A stretch of DNA of 64,000 nucleotides from a virus (Duplodnaviria; Caudoviricetes), in the IMG/VR virus record IMGVR_UViG_2799112265_000002, positions 41,652 to 105,651 of that record, one strand, 5' to 3'. The position numbers were made by a program, and so were the translations under genes. How positions within the stretch are numbered: the stretch's first letter is position 1; the number at the start of each line of letters is the position of its first letter. Below are positions 9,838 to 19,918 of this stretch, piece by piece. Below the pieces are notes generated by a model that saw nothing but the letters and a program-made list of their open reading frames with translations, ran no database searches and was not told the DNA's origin.

Positions 9838-11787
9838 GTGACCACCCTGCTCACTACTGCCGGTGACCTTGCAGACCCTTACCGTAGTTTCATCGCCAAA
9901 TCGCGCTACTCCAGGTGGCTCGACGACGAGAACCGGCGCGAGACCTGGACCGAGACCGTCGCGCGCTACGTGACATTCATGCTGGCCCAGTTGAAGGACA
10001 AGCACGACTACACCCCCGACCCCCAGGTGGTCGACGAGATCCACGCGGCCATCCTCAACCACGAGGTCATGCCGTCCATGCGCGCCGTCATGACGGCCGG
10101 CCCCGCCCTGGACCGCTCGAACATCGCCGGGTTCAACTGCTCGTACCTGCCGCTGAAGGACGCCCGCGCTCTCGACGAGTTGCTGTACATCCTCATGAAC
10201 GGCACGGGCGTGGGCTACAGCGTCGAGCGCAAGTACACCGACCAGTTGCCCCCGGTGCCGGACGCCCTGCGCCAGACCAAGGACAAAATCGTGGTGCACG
10301 ACAGCAAGGAGGGGTGGGGAATCGGCTTCCGGCTGCTGCTAGAGGATCTGTGGCAGGGCAAGGTGCCGACGTGGGACCTGTCCAAGGTGCGTCCGGCCGG
10401 GGCCCGGCTTAATACCTTCGGAGGTCGAGCCTCCGGTCCTGAGCCGCTGAACGAACTGTTCGAGTTCGTGGTGCAGAAGTTCCACCAGGCCGCCGGTCGT
10501 AAGTTCAGGCCGATCGAGGTCCACGACATCGCCTGCAAGATCGCATCCGTGGTGGTCGTGGGTGGCGTGCGCCGGTCCGCGATGATCAGCCTGAGCGACC
10601 TGGACGACAAGGAGATGGCCGAGGCCAAGTCGGGGGAATGGTGGGTCGAGCACCCCTACCGCGCCCTCGCCAACAACAGCGCGGTCTACACCGACGGCAT
10701 GCGGCACGAGGACTTCCGCACCGAGTGGGACTCCCTCGTTGCCTCCGGCAGCGGTGAGCGCGGCATCTTCCACCGCGGGGCGGCGCAGAGGCAGGCCGCA
10801 CGGTTCGGCAAGCGGGAGTCCGACACCGACTACGGGACCAACCCGTGCTCGGAGATCATCCTCCGGCCGTTCTCTTTCTGTAACTTGTCCGAGGTCGTCG
10901 TCCGGGCCGAGGACACCCCCGAGACCCTGACCCGGAAGGTGCGTCTGGCGGCTGTCCTCGGCACGTGGCAGTCGACCCTGACCGACTACCCGTACCTGCG
11001 CGACGAGTGGCGCAAGAACGCGGAGGAGGAGCGCCTGCTGGGCGTCTCCCTCACCGGGGTCTACGGCAACCCCTACACCAACGGAAGCAAGGGTATGGGG
11101 CTGACGTCGCTCGCCCTGACCGTCCTGCGCTCGGAGGTCGTCGAGGCCAACGCTGCCGAGGCCCGGCGCATCGGTATCGCGGCCTCGGTAGCGACCACCT
11201 GCGTCAAGCCGTCCGGCACGGTATCCCAGTTGGTGGACTGCGAGTCCGGCCTGCACCAGAAGCACGCGAAGTTCTACTTCCGGCGGGTGCGGGTGGACAA
11301 GAAGGACCCGATCGCGTTCGTACTCATCGACGCCGGCCTGCCGTACGAGGAGGACGCCTACAACAGCGCCGCGTGGGTGTTCACCTTCGCTCAGCGGGCT
11401 GCCGAGGGGGCCCTCGTCCGTGAGGACGTGTCGGCCATCGAGCACCTGGAACTGTGGTTGGCCTATCAGCGCGCGTGGTGCGAGCACAAACCGTCGGTGA
11501 CCATCTCCGTGCGCGAGCACGAGTGGGAGCAGGTCGGCGAGTGGGTGTGGGAGCACCTGGACGAGATCTCCGGCGTCTCCTTCCTGCCGTACTCGGATCA
11601 CACGTATGTGCAGGCGCCGTACGAGGAGTGCACCGAGGCCGAGTACGAGGCGCTGGCCGCGAAGAACCACCGCGTGGAGTGGTCGGACCTGGCGTTCTAC
11701 GAGACGTTCGACCAGACGAAGGGCTCCCAGGAACTGGCCTGCTCCGCGGCCGGCGGCTGTGAGGTCGTCGACCTCGTGACCACCTGA
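9838..11787 (+). CDS. nrdJ: class II (B12-dependent) ribonucleotide reductase
   Basis: FNCSY, VVVGGVRRSA, GTNPCSEI, VKPSGT, C-terminal ACSAAGGCE. Confidence 0.95.
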   Translation: MTTLLTTAGDLADPYRSFIAKSRYSRWLDDENRRETWTETVARYVTFMLAQLKDKHDYTPDPQVVDEIHAAILNHEVMPSMRAVMTAGPALDRSNIAGFNCSYLPLKDARALDELLYILMNGTGVGYSVERKYTDQLPPVPDALRQTKDKIVVHDSKEGWGIGFRLLLEDLWQGKVPTWDLSKVRPAGARLNTFGGRASGPEPLNELFEFVVQKFHQAAGRKFRPIEVHDIACKIASVVVVGGVRRSAMISLSDLDDKEMAEAKSGEWWVEHPYRALANNSAVYTDGMRHEDFRTEWDSLVASGSGERGIFHRGAAQRQAARFGKRESDTDYGTNPCSEIILRPFSFCNLSEVVVRAEDTPETLTRKVRLAAVLGTWQSTLTDYPYLRDEWRKNAEEERLLGVSLTGVYGNPYTNGSKGMGLTSLALTVLRSEVVEANAAEARRIGIAASVATTCVKPSGTVSQLVDCESGLHQKHAKFYFRRVRVDKKDPIAFVLIDAGLPYEEDAYNSAAWVFTFAQRAAEGALVREDVSAIEHLELWLAYQRAWCEHKPSVTISVREHEWEQVGEWVWEHLDEISGVSFLPYSDHTYVQAPYEECTEAEYEALAAKNHRVEWSDLAFYETFDQTKGSQELACSAAGGCEVVDLVTT

Positions 11788-11915
11788 AACTCGTTAAAAG
11801 ATCTTGCTCTGACTAGTTGATACATCGCTGGACCGGTAGTGCGATTCCGATTACGGTATTGCACTACCGGTTCTTTATTACGTCTTCTCGACTACGGGAT
11901 TGGAACCCACACCAC

Positions 11916-13199
11916 ATGCCGCTTAATACCTGCGCGGGTGGCCCCGACAAGGAAGCCCTCGCACTCGTCGCAAAGATCAACAAGGCGCACCCGGGCGCCG
12001 TCTGCTTCGCCTCGGAGATGCGCATCCCCAAGCGGTTCACCTCCGGCTCACTGTCCCTGGACATCGCCCTCGGTGGCGGCTGGCCGGGCAACCAGTGGGT
12101 CGAGGTCATCGGCCGCGAGTCCCACGGCAAGACCGCCATCGTCTACAAGACCCTCGCCGCCAACCAGAAGAAGGACCCCACCTTCACCTGCCTGTGGATC
12201 GCCGCGGAGCACTACGACGTCGACCAGGCCTCCGCCCTCGGCGTCGACAACGAGCGCGTCCTGGTGGTCCCCACCCAGGCCATGGAGTTCGCCTACCAGA
12301 CCATGCTCGACTTCGCCGAGTCCCGCTCCGTCGACATGATCGTCCTCGACTCCTACCCCGCGTTGATCGCGGACGAGGAGCAGGAGAAGGACATGGACGA
12401 GGCCGTCATGGCGCTCGGAGCGAGACTGACGGGCAAGTTTTTTCGCAAGAGCGGGGCGGCCACCAAGCGGTCCATGACGGACGCCGACGACCGCCCGCTG
12501 TTGGGGATCGTCATCAATCAGTACCGGGACGCCATCGGCAAGTTCTCACCCCACGGCACACCGACAACCACCCCGGGCGGCAACGCCAAGAACTACGCGT
12601 TCTACACCCGCGTCGAGGTCCGGCGCGACGAGTGGATCCAGGAGTCCCGGCCGGGCAAGGGCAAGGTGAACGTCGGCCAGGTCATCAAGGTCAAGACCAT
12701 CAAGAACAAGTCCGCCGCCCCGCAGCAGACCGCGACGATCGACTTCTACTTCCGCAGCGCCCCCTTCATGAACTTCGCCCGCGGTGACTACGACACCGTC
12801 AAGGAGATCATGATCATGGGGATCCTCTTCGACGTCATCCAGCGCAAGGGCGCGTACTTCCAGATCGACAACGGCGAGTACGACGACAAGGGCAAGCCGG
12901 TCCTGCGCTGGCAGGGCAAGGACGCCATGCTCGACCACATCCGCCAGGACCTGGACCTCCAAGAGGCCCTGTACGAGAAGATCCTCGTCGCCTCCAAGAA
13001 GGTCGACGAGCGGTCCATTTCCGAGGAGGACCTGGAGGCCGCCGAGTCGGCCGGCACCAAGAAGGTCCGGCGCCGTCCCTCTGGAGTCATCGACGACGGT
13101 CGGTACGAGCCCGGCACCGACCCGGAGAAGGACGCGAAGATCATGGCCCAGATGAACGCCCAGATGATGGCCGACGGGCTTAATACCGAGGCCGCCTGA
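11916..13199 (+). CDS. recA: RecA/UvsX-like recombinase
   Basis: SGSLSLDIALGGG, GRESHGKT, IVLDS, INQYR, TPGGNA. Confidence 0.93.
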   Translation: MPLNTCAGGPDKEALALVAKINKAHPGAVCFASEMRIPKRFTSGSLSLDIALGGGWPGNQWVEVIGRESHGKTAIVYKTLAANQKKDPTFTCLWIAAEHYDVDQASALGVDNERVLVVPTQAMEFAYQTMLDFAESRSVDMIVLDSYPALIADEEQEKDMDEAVMALGARLTGKFFRKSGAATKRSMTDADDRPLLGIVINQYRDAIGKFSPHGTPTTTPGGNAKNYAFYTRVEVRRDEWIQESRPGKGKVNVGQVIKVKTIKNKSAAPQQTATIDFYFRSAPFMNFARGDYDTVKEIMIMGILFDVIQRKGAYFQIDNGEYDDKGKPVLRWQGKDAMLDHIRQDLDLQEALYEKILVASKKVDERSISEEDLEAAESAGTKKVRRRPSGVIDDGRYEPGTDPEKDAKIMAQMNAQMMADGLNTEAA

Positions 13200-13331
13200 T
13201 GGTGGCCGTGCTCTCCCTCCTCCTGGCTTTCGCGGCCGTCTACATCGTGGTCCTCGGCGTCCGCTACTCCCGGCGCCAGGGCCGCGCCCACCTCAAGTTC
13301 CTCATCCTCGCCAACCTCCTGGAGAAGACCT

Positions 13332-13676
13332 ATGGCGGACATGCTGAAGAAGTCCCAGAAGCAGGAGCGGCGAGGAGCGGAACTGCTGGGCGGGACGGTG
13401 AACGCCGGGAGCGGAAACGGCTGGGTCAGAAAGAACGACGTACGCACCCCTGAGTACAGCGTCGAGTACAAGGTCACCGGCAAGAAGCAGTACTCCCTGA
13501 AGGACGCAGAACTTCAGACCGCGGAGAAACAGGCCCTCCTCGACGGCAGGGAAATGCTCTTCGGGATCCAGATGGAAAGCGGAAGGAACTGGATCGTGAT
13601 GAGCGAGGAAACATTCCTCACGCTTAATACCCAGGCGTTCCCGGACGCCGACCCCGACGAGGTGCTGTCGTGGTAA
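13332..13676 (+). CDS. PD-(D/E)XK nuclease (resolvase-like)
   Basis: SQKQE...GSGN...KNDV...VEYK. Confidence 0.7.
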   Translation: MADMLKKSQKQERRGAELLGGTVNAGSGNGWVRKNDVRTPEYSVEYKVTGKKQYSLKDAELQTAEKQALLDGREMLFGIQMESGRNWIVMSEETFLTLNTQAFPDADPDEVLSW

Positions 13677-14107
13677 TGCACCTGCGGATGAACGCCCCCG
13701 AATGGGACGGCGGAGGCAACCCGGACAAGGAAGCCTCCTGCCGGAAGTTCCGGCCGACGAGAGAGCACGACGACTTCTTCGGCGACGGGACCGGAGAGGA
13801 ATCCGAGGCCAAGCACATCTGCAACGGCACCTATACCGACCGGGTGTGCCCCCTCAGAGAACAGTGCCTGTCCTTCGCGCTGATCAACAACGAGCACTAC
13901 GGAGTCTGGGGCGGCCTGACCGTCCTGGAGCGGGCCTACATCAGGAGGTTCGTCCCCAAGAACGAATGGAGTTACGACCGTGCCCCGAGCCGGGAGGACA
14001 TCGAAGCCGTCTGGCCAGACCGGCTCCCGCCGGAAGACGACGAAGCCGACGGGGAAGATGGCGGCGCTGGCGGAGACGAAGAAGAACTCCTCGGTGCTAC
14101 TGGGTGA
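13670..14107 (+). CDS. whiB: WhiB-family Fe-S transcription factor
   Basis: Four Cys (C...C...CPLREQC) followed by GVWGG. Confidence 0.9.
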   Translation: MVMHLRMNAPEWDGGGNPDKEASCRKFRPTREHDDFFGDGTGEESEAKHICNGTYTDRVCPLREQCLSFALINNEHYGVWGGLTVLERAYIRRFVPKNEWSYDRAPSREDIEAVWPDRLPPEDDEADGEDGGAGGDEEELLGATG

Positions 14108-15236
14108 CATCCACAAGCACCTGCTCGACCAACACGGCAAGCCCACGGACCGCCGGCAGGACATCATCCACCCCTCGGAGATGGCCAAGGCCGACTGGTG
14201 CCCCCGCCAGACCTACTACAGGCTGGCGGGGGTTTCCCCCGAGAAGGACCGCTCGTTCTCCGCGCAACTGGAGGGCGTTTTTGAAGAGGGCCACATGATC
14301 CACGCGAAGTGGCAGAAGTGGCTCCAGCAGATGGGCCGCCTGTGGGGGAAGTGGAAGTGCCCCGTCTGCGACTACTGGGAGATGGGTACGGCCGGACGCA
14401 TAGCCTGCCCGTCCTGCCGGAACCGCTCCGACCTCGCTGGCTACCCGGTGTACCTGGAGTACGCCGAGGTGCCACTGGCCGCCGAGCACGAGTTCCTGAT
14501 CGCCGGGCACGAGGACGGCGCCGTGGAGGACCTGAACGCCCTCGTGGAGATCAAGTCCATCGGCATCGGCACCGTCCGCTTCGACAACCCCGAGCTGCTG
14601 CGCGAGTACACGGTGAAGACCGAGGACGGCAAGACCGTCACCGACCTGGACGGCCTGTGGAAGGCGCTGCGGCGCCCGTTCGGCAGCCACATCCGGCAGA
14701 CGCAGATCTACCTGCGGCTGTGCAAGGAGATGGGCCTGCCCTACGACAAGGTGATCTTCCTCTACGAGTACAAGGCGACGCAGGCCCAGAAGGAGTTCGT
14801 CGTCAAGTACAACCCGGAGATCGCCGAGCCCCTGTTCGAGACCGCGCTCGACATCAAGTACGCCCTGAAGAAGGGCAAGCCACCACCGCGGCCGGAGTTC
14901 GCCGGCCAGGACAAGAAGGTCTGCAAGGACTGTCCGTTCATGTCGACCTGTTGGGAGACCACCACCAATGACCAGAGCGGTATCACGGAGGGGCTGGGAA
15001 GCCGTCCAGAGCCCGAGCACGAAGGCGATACGCCGGATGGAGCGGGAGGACCTGTACCTGCCTCCGAAGCCCGAGGGCGACATGCCAGAACTGCCCCCGG
15101 ATCCCACCGAACTCGACGACAGCGAACTGATGCAGTTGTTCGCCCGGACGACAGCGTGGGTGGAGTACACGGGCAGCCGGCTGGCAGCGGCGGAGGTGGA
15201 CGAAAAGTCGTGCGCCGACACACTCGAAAGCCATAA
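13980..15236 (+). CDS. Cas4/RecB-like exonuclease
   Basis: HPSE..WCPR, GHEDG...VEIKS, QTQIY, CKDCPFMSTC. Confidence 0.85.
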   Translation: MPRAGRTSKPSGQTGSRRKTTKPTGKMAALAETKKNSSVLLGDIHKHLLDQHGKPTDRRQDIIHPSEMAKADWCPRQTYYRLAGVSPEKDRSFSAQLEGVFEEGHMIHAKWQKWLQQMGRLWGKWKCPVCDYWEMGTAGRIACPSCRNRSDLAGYPVYLEYAEVPLAAEHEFLIAGHEDGAVEDLNALVEIKSIGIGTVRFDNPELLREYTVKTEDGKTVTDLDGLWKALRRPFGSHIRQTQIYLRLCKEMGLPYDKVIFLYEYKATQAQKEFVVKYNPEIAEPLFETALDIKYALKKGKPPPRPEFAGQDKKVCKDCPFMSTCWETTTNDQSGITEGLGSRPEPEHEGDTPDGAGGPVPASEARGRHARTAPGSHRTRRQRTDAVVRPDDSVGGVHGQPAGSGGGGRKVVRRHTRKP

Positions 15237-15477
15237 GGCCCTATCCGCCGTCCGCAATGCGTCCGCCAAGACAGTGACGCAGGCCAAGGCCATGGCGCAC
15301 GAGGACCCGGAGTACATCGCGGCCCAGGAGGCCAAGACGGCCGCCTACGCCTACCGCAAGATGGTCCAGGCCCTGCACCAGTCCGCCGAGGGCCGCAACA
15401 CACTCCTGAGCCGCGAGCTGACCCGCCGGGTCGGCCGTGGTGACCGCGAGGCGCGCGCCGGCAGGATGAGCGCATGA
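14968..15477 (+). CDS. hypothetical helical protein
   Basis: Protein-like ORF coupled to the next gene by an ATGA overlap. Confidence 0.7.
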   Translation: MTRAVSRRGWEAVQSPSTKAIRRMEREDLYLPPKPEGDMPELPPDPTELDDSELMQLFARTTAWVEYTGSRLAAAEVDEKSCADTLESHKALSAVRNASAKTVTQAKAMAHEDPEYIAAQEAKTAAYAYRKMVQALHQSAEGRNTLLSRELTRRVGRGDREARAGRMSA

Positions 15478-15899
15478 GGACCGTACGCCGGTCCGTGACG
15501 CGCATGGAGCAGCCCCGGCCGCCGTGGGAGTGGCGCAACCACTTCCGGGCCGGGGCGCCCCGGACGTGCCTCACCTCGCACCGGGATCCGGTCTACGTAC
15601 GCCGCGGTGAGCACGTCTACAAGGTCGGTCAGTTCGACTGGCTGCTGCGCCTGTACCAGCACGTCGGCGTCTCCGAGCAGTCGGTGCGCTGGGAGGGCTA
15701 TGTCCTGTATGACCTGGATTGCGAAATGCCCGTAATCAGGTTGTCAAGCGATTGGTTGGAATACGTTGACAACCGTCGAGAGATCGTGTTTCGTATCAGC
15801 AAGAAGGACGCCCTGGCAGCCGGCGGGGAGATCGAAACCCCCGACGGAGTCCGCTTCGCCGTCCCACTCAGCGCCTACTCATCCCACGAAGGGCAGTAA
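15474..15899 (+). CDS. hypothetical protein
   Basis: ATGA overlap with upstream gene. Confidence 0.65.
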   Translation: MRTVRRSVTRMEQPRPPWEWRNHFRAGAPRTCLTSHRDPVYVRRGEHVYKVGQFDWLLRLYQHVGVSEQSVRWEGYVLYDLDCEMPVIRLSSDWLEYVDNRREIVFRISKKDALAAGGEIETPDGVRFAVPLSAYSSHEGQ

Positions 15900-15907
15900 C
15901 CCACCAC

Positions 15908-16642
15908 ATGTCGCTTAATACCTCGGTCGCTCCGGCGGCCGTCACCTTCCGCAGCACGATCACCGCGACGCTCGACACCGAGACCGTTGCCGGGTCGGAC
16001 GCCAAGATCTGTAAGGCCGCCCGGGTCTCCACGGTCGGCGCCGCCGCGGCGGAGACCGGTGAAGCCCGCGGCCTGATCAACTACCTCATGAAGAACAGGC
16101 ACGGCTCCCCGTTCGAGCACGCGCAACTGTCCTTCCTCGTCGAGGCCCCGATCTTCGTCGCCCGCGAGTTCATGCGTCACAGGGTCGGCTGGAGTTATAA
16201 CGAAACCAGCGGCAGGTACCGGGAGTTGGAGCCCGTCTTCTACATGCCGCCGGCCTCCCGCCCTCTGGTCCAGGTCGGCAAGGCGGGGGAGTACTCCTTC
16301 GAGCACGGCACCCACGAGCAGTACGACGCCGTCGAGCACTCCTTCGGCGTCATCTACCGCGCCGCCTACAGCCACTACCAGCAGATGCTGGGCCGGGGAG
16401 TGGCCCGCGAGGTCGCCCGCAGCGTCCTGCCGGTCGGCACGTTCACCTCCTTCTACGCCACCTGCAACCCGCGGTCGCTGATGCACTTCCTCAGCCTGCG
16501 TACCACCTCCGCGTGGGCCACCTTCCCCTCTTTCCCCCAGGAGGAGATCGAGCGGGTCGCCGACGACATGGAGAAGGCATTCTCCCTGCACTTCCCACTC
16601 ACGTGGGAGGCCTACCTCGACAACGGAAGGGTCTGCCCGTGA
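15908..16642 (+). CDS. thyX: FAD-dependent thymidylate synthase
   Basis: HGSPFEH and REFMRHRVGWSYNETSGRY signature. Confidence 0.97.
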   Translation: MSLNTSVAPAAVTFRSTITATLDTETVAGSDAKICKAARVSTVGAAAAETGEARGLINYLMKNRHGSPFEHAQLSFLVEAPIFVAREFMRHRVGWSYNETSGRYRELEPVFYMPPASRPLVQVGKAGEYSFEHGTHEQYDAVEHSFGVIYRAAYSHYQQMLGRGVAREVARSVLPVGTFTSFYATCNPRSLMHFLSLRTTSAWATFPSFPQEEIERVADDMEKAFSLHFPLTWEAYLDNGRVCP

Positions 16643-16796
16643 GCCGCCGAAACGACGACCGTCCCACCGTCATCGCCCTCCTGGCCCTCGCCGCCGTCCT
16701 CCTCTCCCTGAGCACCTGGGCATGGACCTCCGCCCCCTGCGGGATGTGGAAGTGGGAGAAGGCCGGCGACGTGCCCGCCCGGTGCGTGATGCACCG

Positions 16797-17186
16797 ATGA
16801 ACACCCCCCTCCTCGTCACCGTGATTGCCGCGTGGGTCGGCGTTCTGCTCTTCATGGCCTGGACCCTGATCAACGTCGCCGCCGAGCGCGACAGGCTGAA
16901 GGACGAACTGATCATGGAGCGCGTCCGGCGCCGGAAGATCGAAGAAGAGTCCCTGGCCCTGGTCGAGAAGGTCACCCCGCTGATCGAGAAGACCGACTGG
17001 ATGACCGGCCGCTGGCACGGCCAGTTCAACACCCTCGTCCGCATGGAGAACCGCCGGAACGAGAGCGTGGACGCCGCCCGCCGGGCCCTGTGGAGCATCC
17101 CCCTCGTCGCCGAGCACATCAGGACCAGCCTCACCTTCGGCGACCACCTGAACGTCACCGAGTACCGCAACGGAGAGAGCAAGTGA
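16797..17186 (+). CDS. membrane-anchored hypothetical protein
   Basis: N-terminal hydrophobic helix followed by a coiled coil. Confidence 0.65.
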   Translation: MNTPLLVTVIAAWVGVLLFMAWTLINVAAERDRLKDELIMERVRRRKIEEESLALVEKVTPLIEKTDWMTGRWHGQFNTLVRMENRRNESVDAARRALWSIPLVAEHIRTSLTFGDHLNVTEYRNGESK

Positions 17187-17782
17187 ACGCCACCACCGCC
17201 CCCGTCGACCCCGACACCGAGATCGTCGAGTCCTGGCTGCCGCGGTACATCGGCCTCCACGGCTTCGCCGGCACCGGCAAGGACGCCGTCGCCAAGATCC
17301 TCGCCAACTACGGGTACGAGCGGGTCGCCTTCGCCGACGTCCTGCGCGAGGCCCTGTACGTCCTCAACCCGATCGTGTCGTACGGCTACACGGGACAGCA
17401 GTGGCTGAGCGAGGTCGTCGACCACCTCGGATGGGACCTGGCCAAGCGCGAGTACCCGGAGATCCGCCGGATGCTCCAGGTCCTCGGCACCGAGGTCGGC
17501 CGCGAGATGATCGACCAGAACGTCTGGGTCAACTCGGTGTTCAAGAAGTTGGAGGAGGGCAAGAAGTACGTCTTCACCGACGTCCGCTTCGTCAACGAGC
17601 ACCAGGCGATCGACTCCCGCCTCGGCCTGCTGGTCAAGATCGACCGCCCCGGCTACGGCCCCGTCAACGCCCACAAGAGCGACAAGGGCCTGCCCGACGA
17701 GTGGTTCGACGTCCGGATCGTCAACGACGGCAGCCTTGAGGACCTTAATACCAAGGTGCGCGAGATGCTGAGGCTCGCATGA
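17183..17782 (+). CDS. deoxynucleoside monophosphate kinase
   Basis: GFAGTGKD, AFAD.LR, RRMLQVLGTEVGR, TDVRFVNE. Confidence 0.9.
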   Translation: MNATTAPVDPDTEIVESWLPRYIGLHGFAGTGKDAVAKILANYGYERVAFADVLREALYVLNPIVSYGYTGQQWLSEVVDHLGWDLAKREYPEIRRMLQVLGTEVGREMIDQNVWVNSVFKKLEEGKKYVFTDVRFVNEHQAIDSRLGLLVKIDRPGYGPVNAHKSDKGLPDEWFDVRIVNDGSLEDLNTKVREMLRLA

Positions 17783-18117
17783 CGAACCGGTCGAAGCAAA
17801 AGGGCACCAGTTTCGAGTCTTCCGTCCTCCCGGCCATCAAGGAGAAGCAGCCGCTGGCCGAGCGCCGGGCCCTGGAGGGAAAGCAGGACAAGGGAGACTT
17901 CTACATCCCCGGCGAGGACCGCTTCGTGATCGAGGCGAAGAACCACAAGGAGATGGACCTCTCCGGCTGGCTGAGGGAAGCCACCACCGAGGCCGCCAAC
18001 GCGAATGTCCCCCACGGAGTCGTATTCCACAAGAAGAGGGGTACCACGGACCCGAGAGAGCAGTACGCGACCATGAAGGTCGGTACGTTCCTCGACCTGG
18101 TTTACCCGGAAGAGTAA
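17779..18117 (+). CDS. Holliday junction resolvase (Hjc-like)
   Basis: SKQKGTSFE...DKGD...IEAKN. Confidence 0.8.
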   Translation: MTNRSKQKGTSFESSVLPAIKEKQPLAERRALEGKQDKGDFYIPGEDRFVIEAKNHKEMDLSGWLREATTEAANANVPHGVVFHKKRGTTDPREQYATMKVGTFLDLVYPEE

Positions 18118-18133
18118 CTAGGTGACGCAGCAG

Positions 18134-18162
18134 GCCCCAGGTGAGGACGACACCCTGGGGCC
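18134..18162 (+). terminator. stem-loop terminator
   Basis: GGCCCCAGG...CCTGGGGCC followed by TGTT. Confidence 0.6.
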
Positions 18163-18238
18163 TGTTGTCATTAACACAAGATTCCTGTGCCTCCGTATTC
18201 TCGAATTGTGATCAGAATCGGACACACAGGAGTCATCA

Positions 18239-18538
18239 ATGGGAGTTCAGTACGACGACGAGGGGGCCGGTAACGAGGCCATCCTGCGCGTCAAGAGTTC
18301 TTCGAGCGCGGCCAGCCTGGCCAGCGCCATCTCTCACGCCGTTTATGACGGCAAGCGGGTGACCCTACGAGCCATCGGGGCCGGAGCGGTAAATCAAGCC
18401 ATGAAGGCCATCGCCATCGCGAACTCGTTCGTGGCGCCCCGCGGAATCGTGCTCGACTGCCGGCCCGGATTTACCACCGTCACCACGCAGGATGCCGGAG
18501 ATATCTCCGCGCTGCTGCTGCGGATCTTCGTCCACTGA
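18239..18538 (+). CDS. spoVS: SpoVS-like (Alba-fold) protein
   Basis: LRVKSSSSAASLASAI...RAIGAGAVNQAMKAIAIA..F...G..L.C.PGF matches SpoVS. Confidence 0.85.
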   Translation: MGVQYDDEGAGNEAILRVKSSSSAASLASAISHAVYDGKRVTLRAIGAGAVNQAMKAIAIANSFVAPRGIVLDCRPGFTTVTTQDAGDISALLLRIFVH

Positions 18539-18594
18539 CGTTCTAATCCGCTGCCTTTTCGTCTCTACACTGGGTTTGATCCAGTGGAGGCGTA

Positions 18595-18876
18595 ATGAAT
18601 GGTGTGGCGGAAGAAGGACGCAACGGCTCCTTCTCGACCGGAGCTATGGAAACTAAGTTCCCGTCGATAAACCTCCAGCCCGTGGCGCGATTCCAGCCGA
18701 CATCGGTATTCGACGAGACGCAGGTTCGCGGCTCAGCGAACGGCCTGGGTTCCGAGGACTACGACCGTAAGCGCATCGGCGGGGGATTCGCCCCGTCCAC
18801 TAACGGCGCCTCGAAAGGGACCTACGACAAGCGGCTGTGGATCGACAAGAACCCGTACCGAACCATCGGCGGCTGA
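18595..18876 (+). CDS. hypothetical protein
   Basis: GGAGG RBS upstream of ATG. Confidence 0.65.
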   Translation: MNGVAEEGRNGSFSTGAMETKFPSINLQPVARFQPTSVFDETQVRGSANGLGSEDYDRKRIGGGFAPSTNGASKGTYDKRLWIDKNPYRTIGG

Positions 18877-18890
18877 TTAAGGAGCCAGCA

Positions 18891-19232
18891 GTGGCGAAGA
18901 AGAAGAACAGCGGCATCACGACGACGGACAACCCGTCGCTGCGGCCGACCATGGGCACCGACGCCTCCCGGCTGGCCAACGTCGCCAAGCCGATCAAGGG
19001 CCGCAGCGTGCCGAAGAAGGGCAACGCCAAGGGCGGCTTCCTGGAGGCCGCGACCGCCAAGCACCGCCCCGGCATCCTGGAGCGCAACGGCGCCTCCCTG
19101 CGGCCTACCGCGATCCTCTACCAGGCCAACGCCGCCGAGGCCGGCGCGGTCCAGCGCAACGTCGTGACCGTTCCGTCCGCCATCGGCAACCGGGACTTCT
19201 ACGCGAGGCGCCAGTACGGCCAGGGCATGTGA
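18891..19232 (+). CDS. basic hypothetical protein
   Basis: AAGGAG RBS upstream of GTG 18891. Confidence 0.7.
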   Translation: MAKKKNSGITTTDNPSLRPTMGTDASRLANVAKPIKGRSVPKKGNAKGGFLEAATAKHRPGILERNGASLRPTAILYQANAAEAGAVQRNVVTVPSAIGNRDFYARRQYGQGM

Positions 19233-19245
19233 GCAGGTAGCGACC

Positions 19246-19803
19246 ATGTCCAGCAACTGGCAGTACTTGCCACCGATGGGCATCGGGCAGCCGGGCGCTC
19301 CAGTGCGCGCGAATGGTGGAGCAGGAACAGATGGGCTCACCTTCCGCGATGGTCTGGACGCCCGGCGCGCTGCTATGGGCGCTCGCACGCCCTCCGCGGA
19401 GTACCCCGACGGCTACCTCGGCACGATCAACGACAGACGACGCGACCGCGTCATGGAGGGCGTCCAGAAGCGCCTGACCGACCGCAGCTACCAGCGCGGT
19501 GTCCACAAGGGCGACGTGATCGACCGCTCCGACTACTTCTGGCCGGACGCCGGGGGAGTCAACCCCCAGGCAGGTCTCGTCTACGAGGCCCGCGGCCTGC
19601 GCTGGACCCAGTCCGGCACCCCCGAGGAGCGCCTGGCCCACATGGGCAAGAACGCAGCCCTCAGCCCCGCGGAGATGGGCGCCCTTCAGCAGAAGTACGG
19701 CATCTCCGAGGTCATGGCCGACATCGACCCGGTGCGCAGCGAGCGGCTGAAGAAGCTGCTGCCGTCCGCCTCCCCGTACAACTCGCCCGACCAGTGGAGG
19801 TGA
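19246..19803 (+). CDS. hypothetical protein
   Basis: Clean ORF within an operon. Confidence 0.75.
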   Translation: MSSNWQYLPPMGIGQPGAPVRANGGAGTDGLTFRDGLDARRAAMGARTPSAEYPDGYLGTINDRRRDRVMEGVQKRLTDRSYQRGVHKGDVIDRSDYFWPDAGGVNPQAGLVYEARGLRWTQSGTPEERLAHMGKNAALSPAEMGALQQKYGISEVMADIDPVRSERLKKLLPSASPYNSPDQWR

Positions 19804-19918
19804 GCGTGCGCTCGAAGGAGTTCCGCGGCCAGATCGCCGCGATCAAGAAGGCCACGCCCAAGACCCCCGACCAGTCCATCCGTGACGCGCAGAAGACACA
19901 GGGAGCAGGTTCGTCGTA

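Noticed and set aside
6909-13199. Inteins or introns in polA, nrdJ or recA
   Set aside because: Lengths and motif spacing are normal and no splice motifs were seen.
13980-15236. CRISPR-Cas system suggested by the Cas4-like gene
   Set aside because: A solo Cas4-like nuclease is common in phage recombination modules. No other cas genes or repeat-spacer array were seen.
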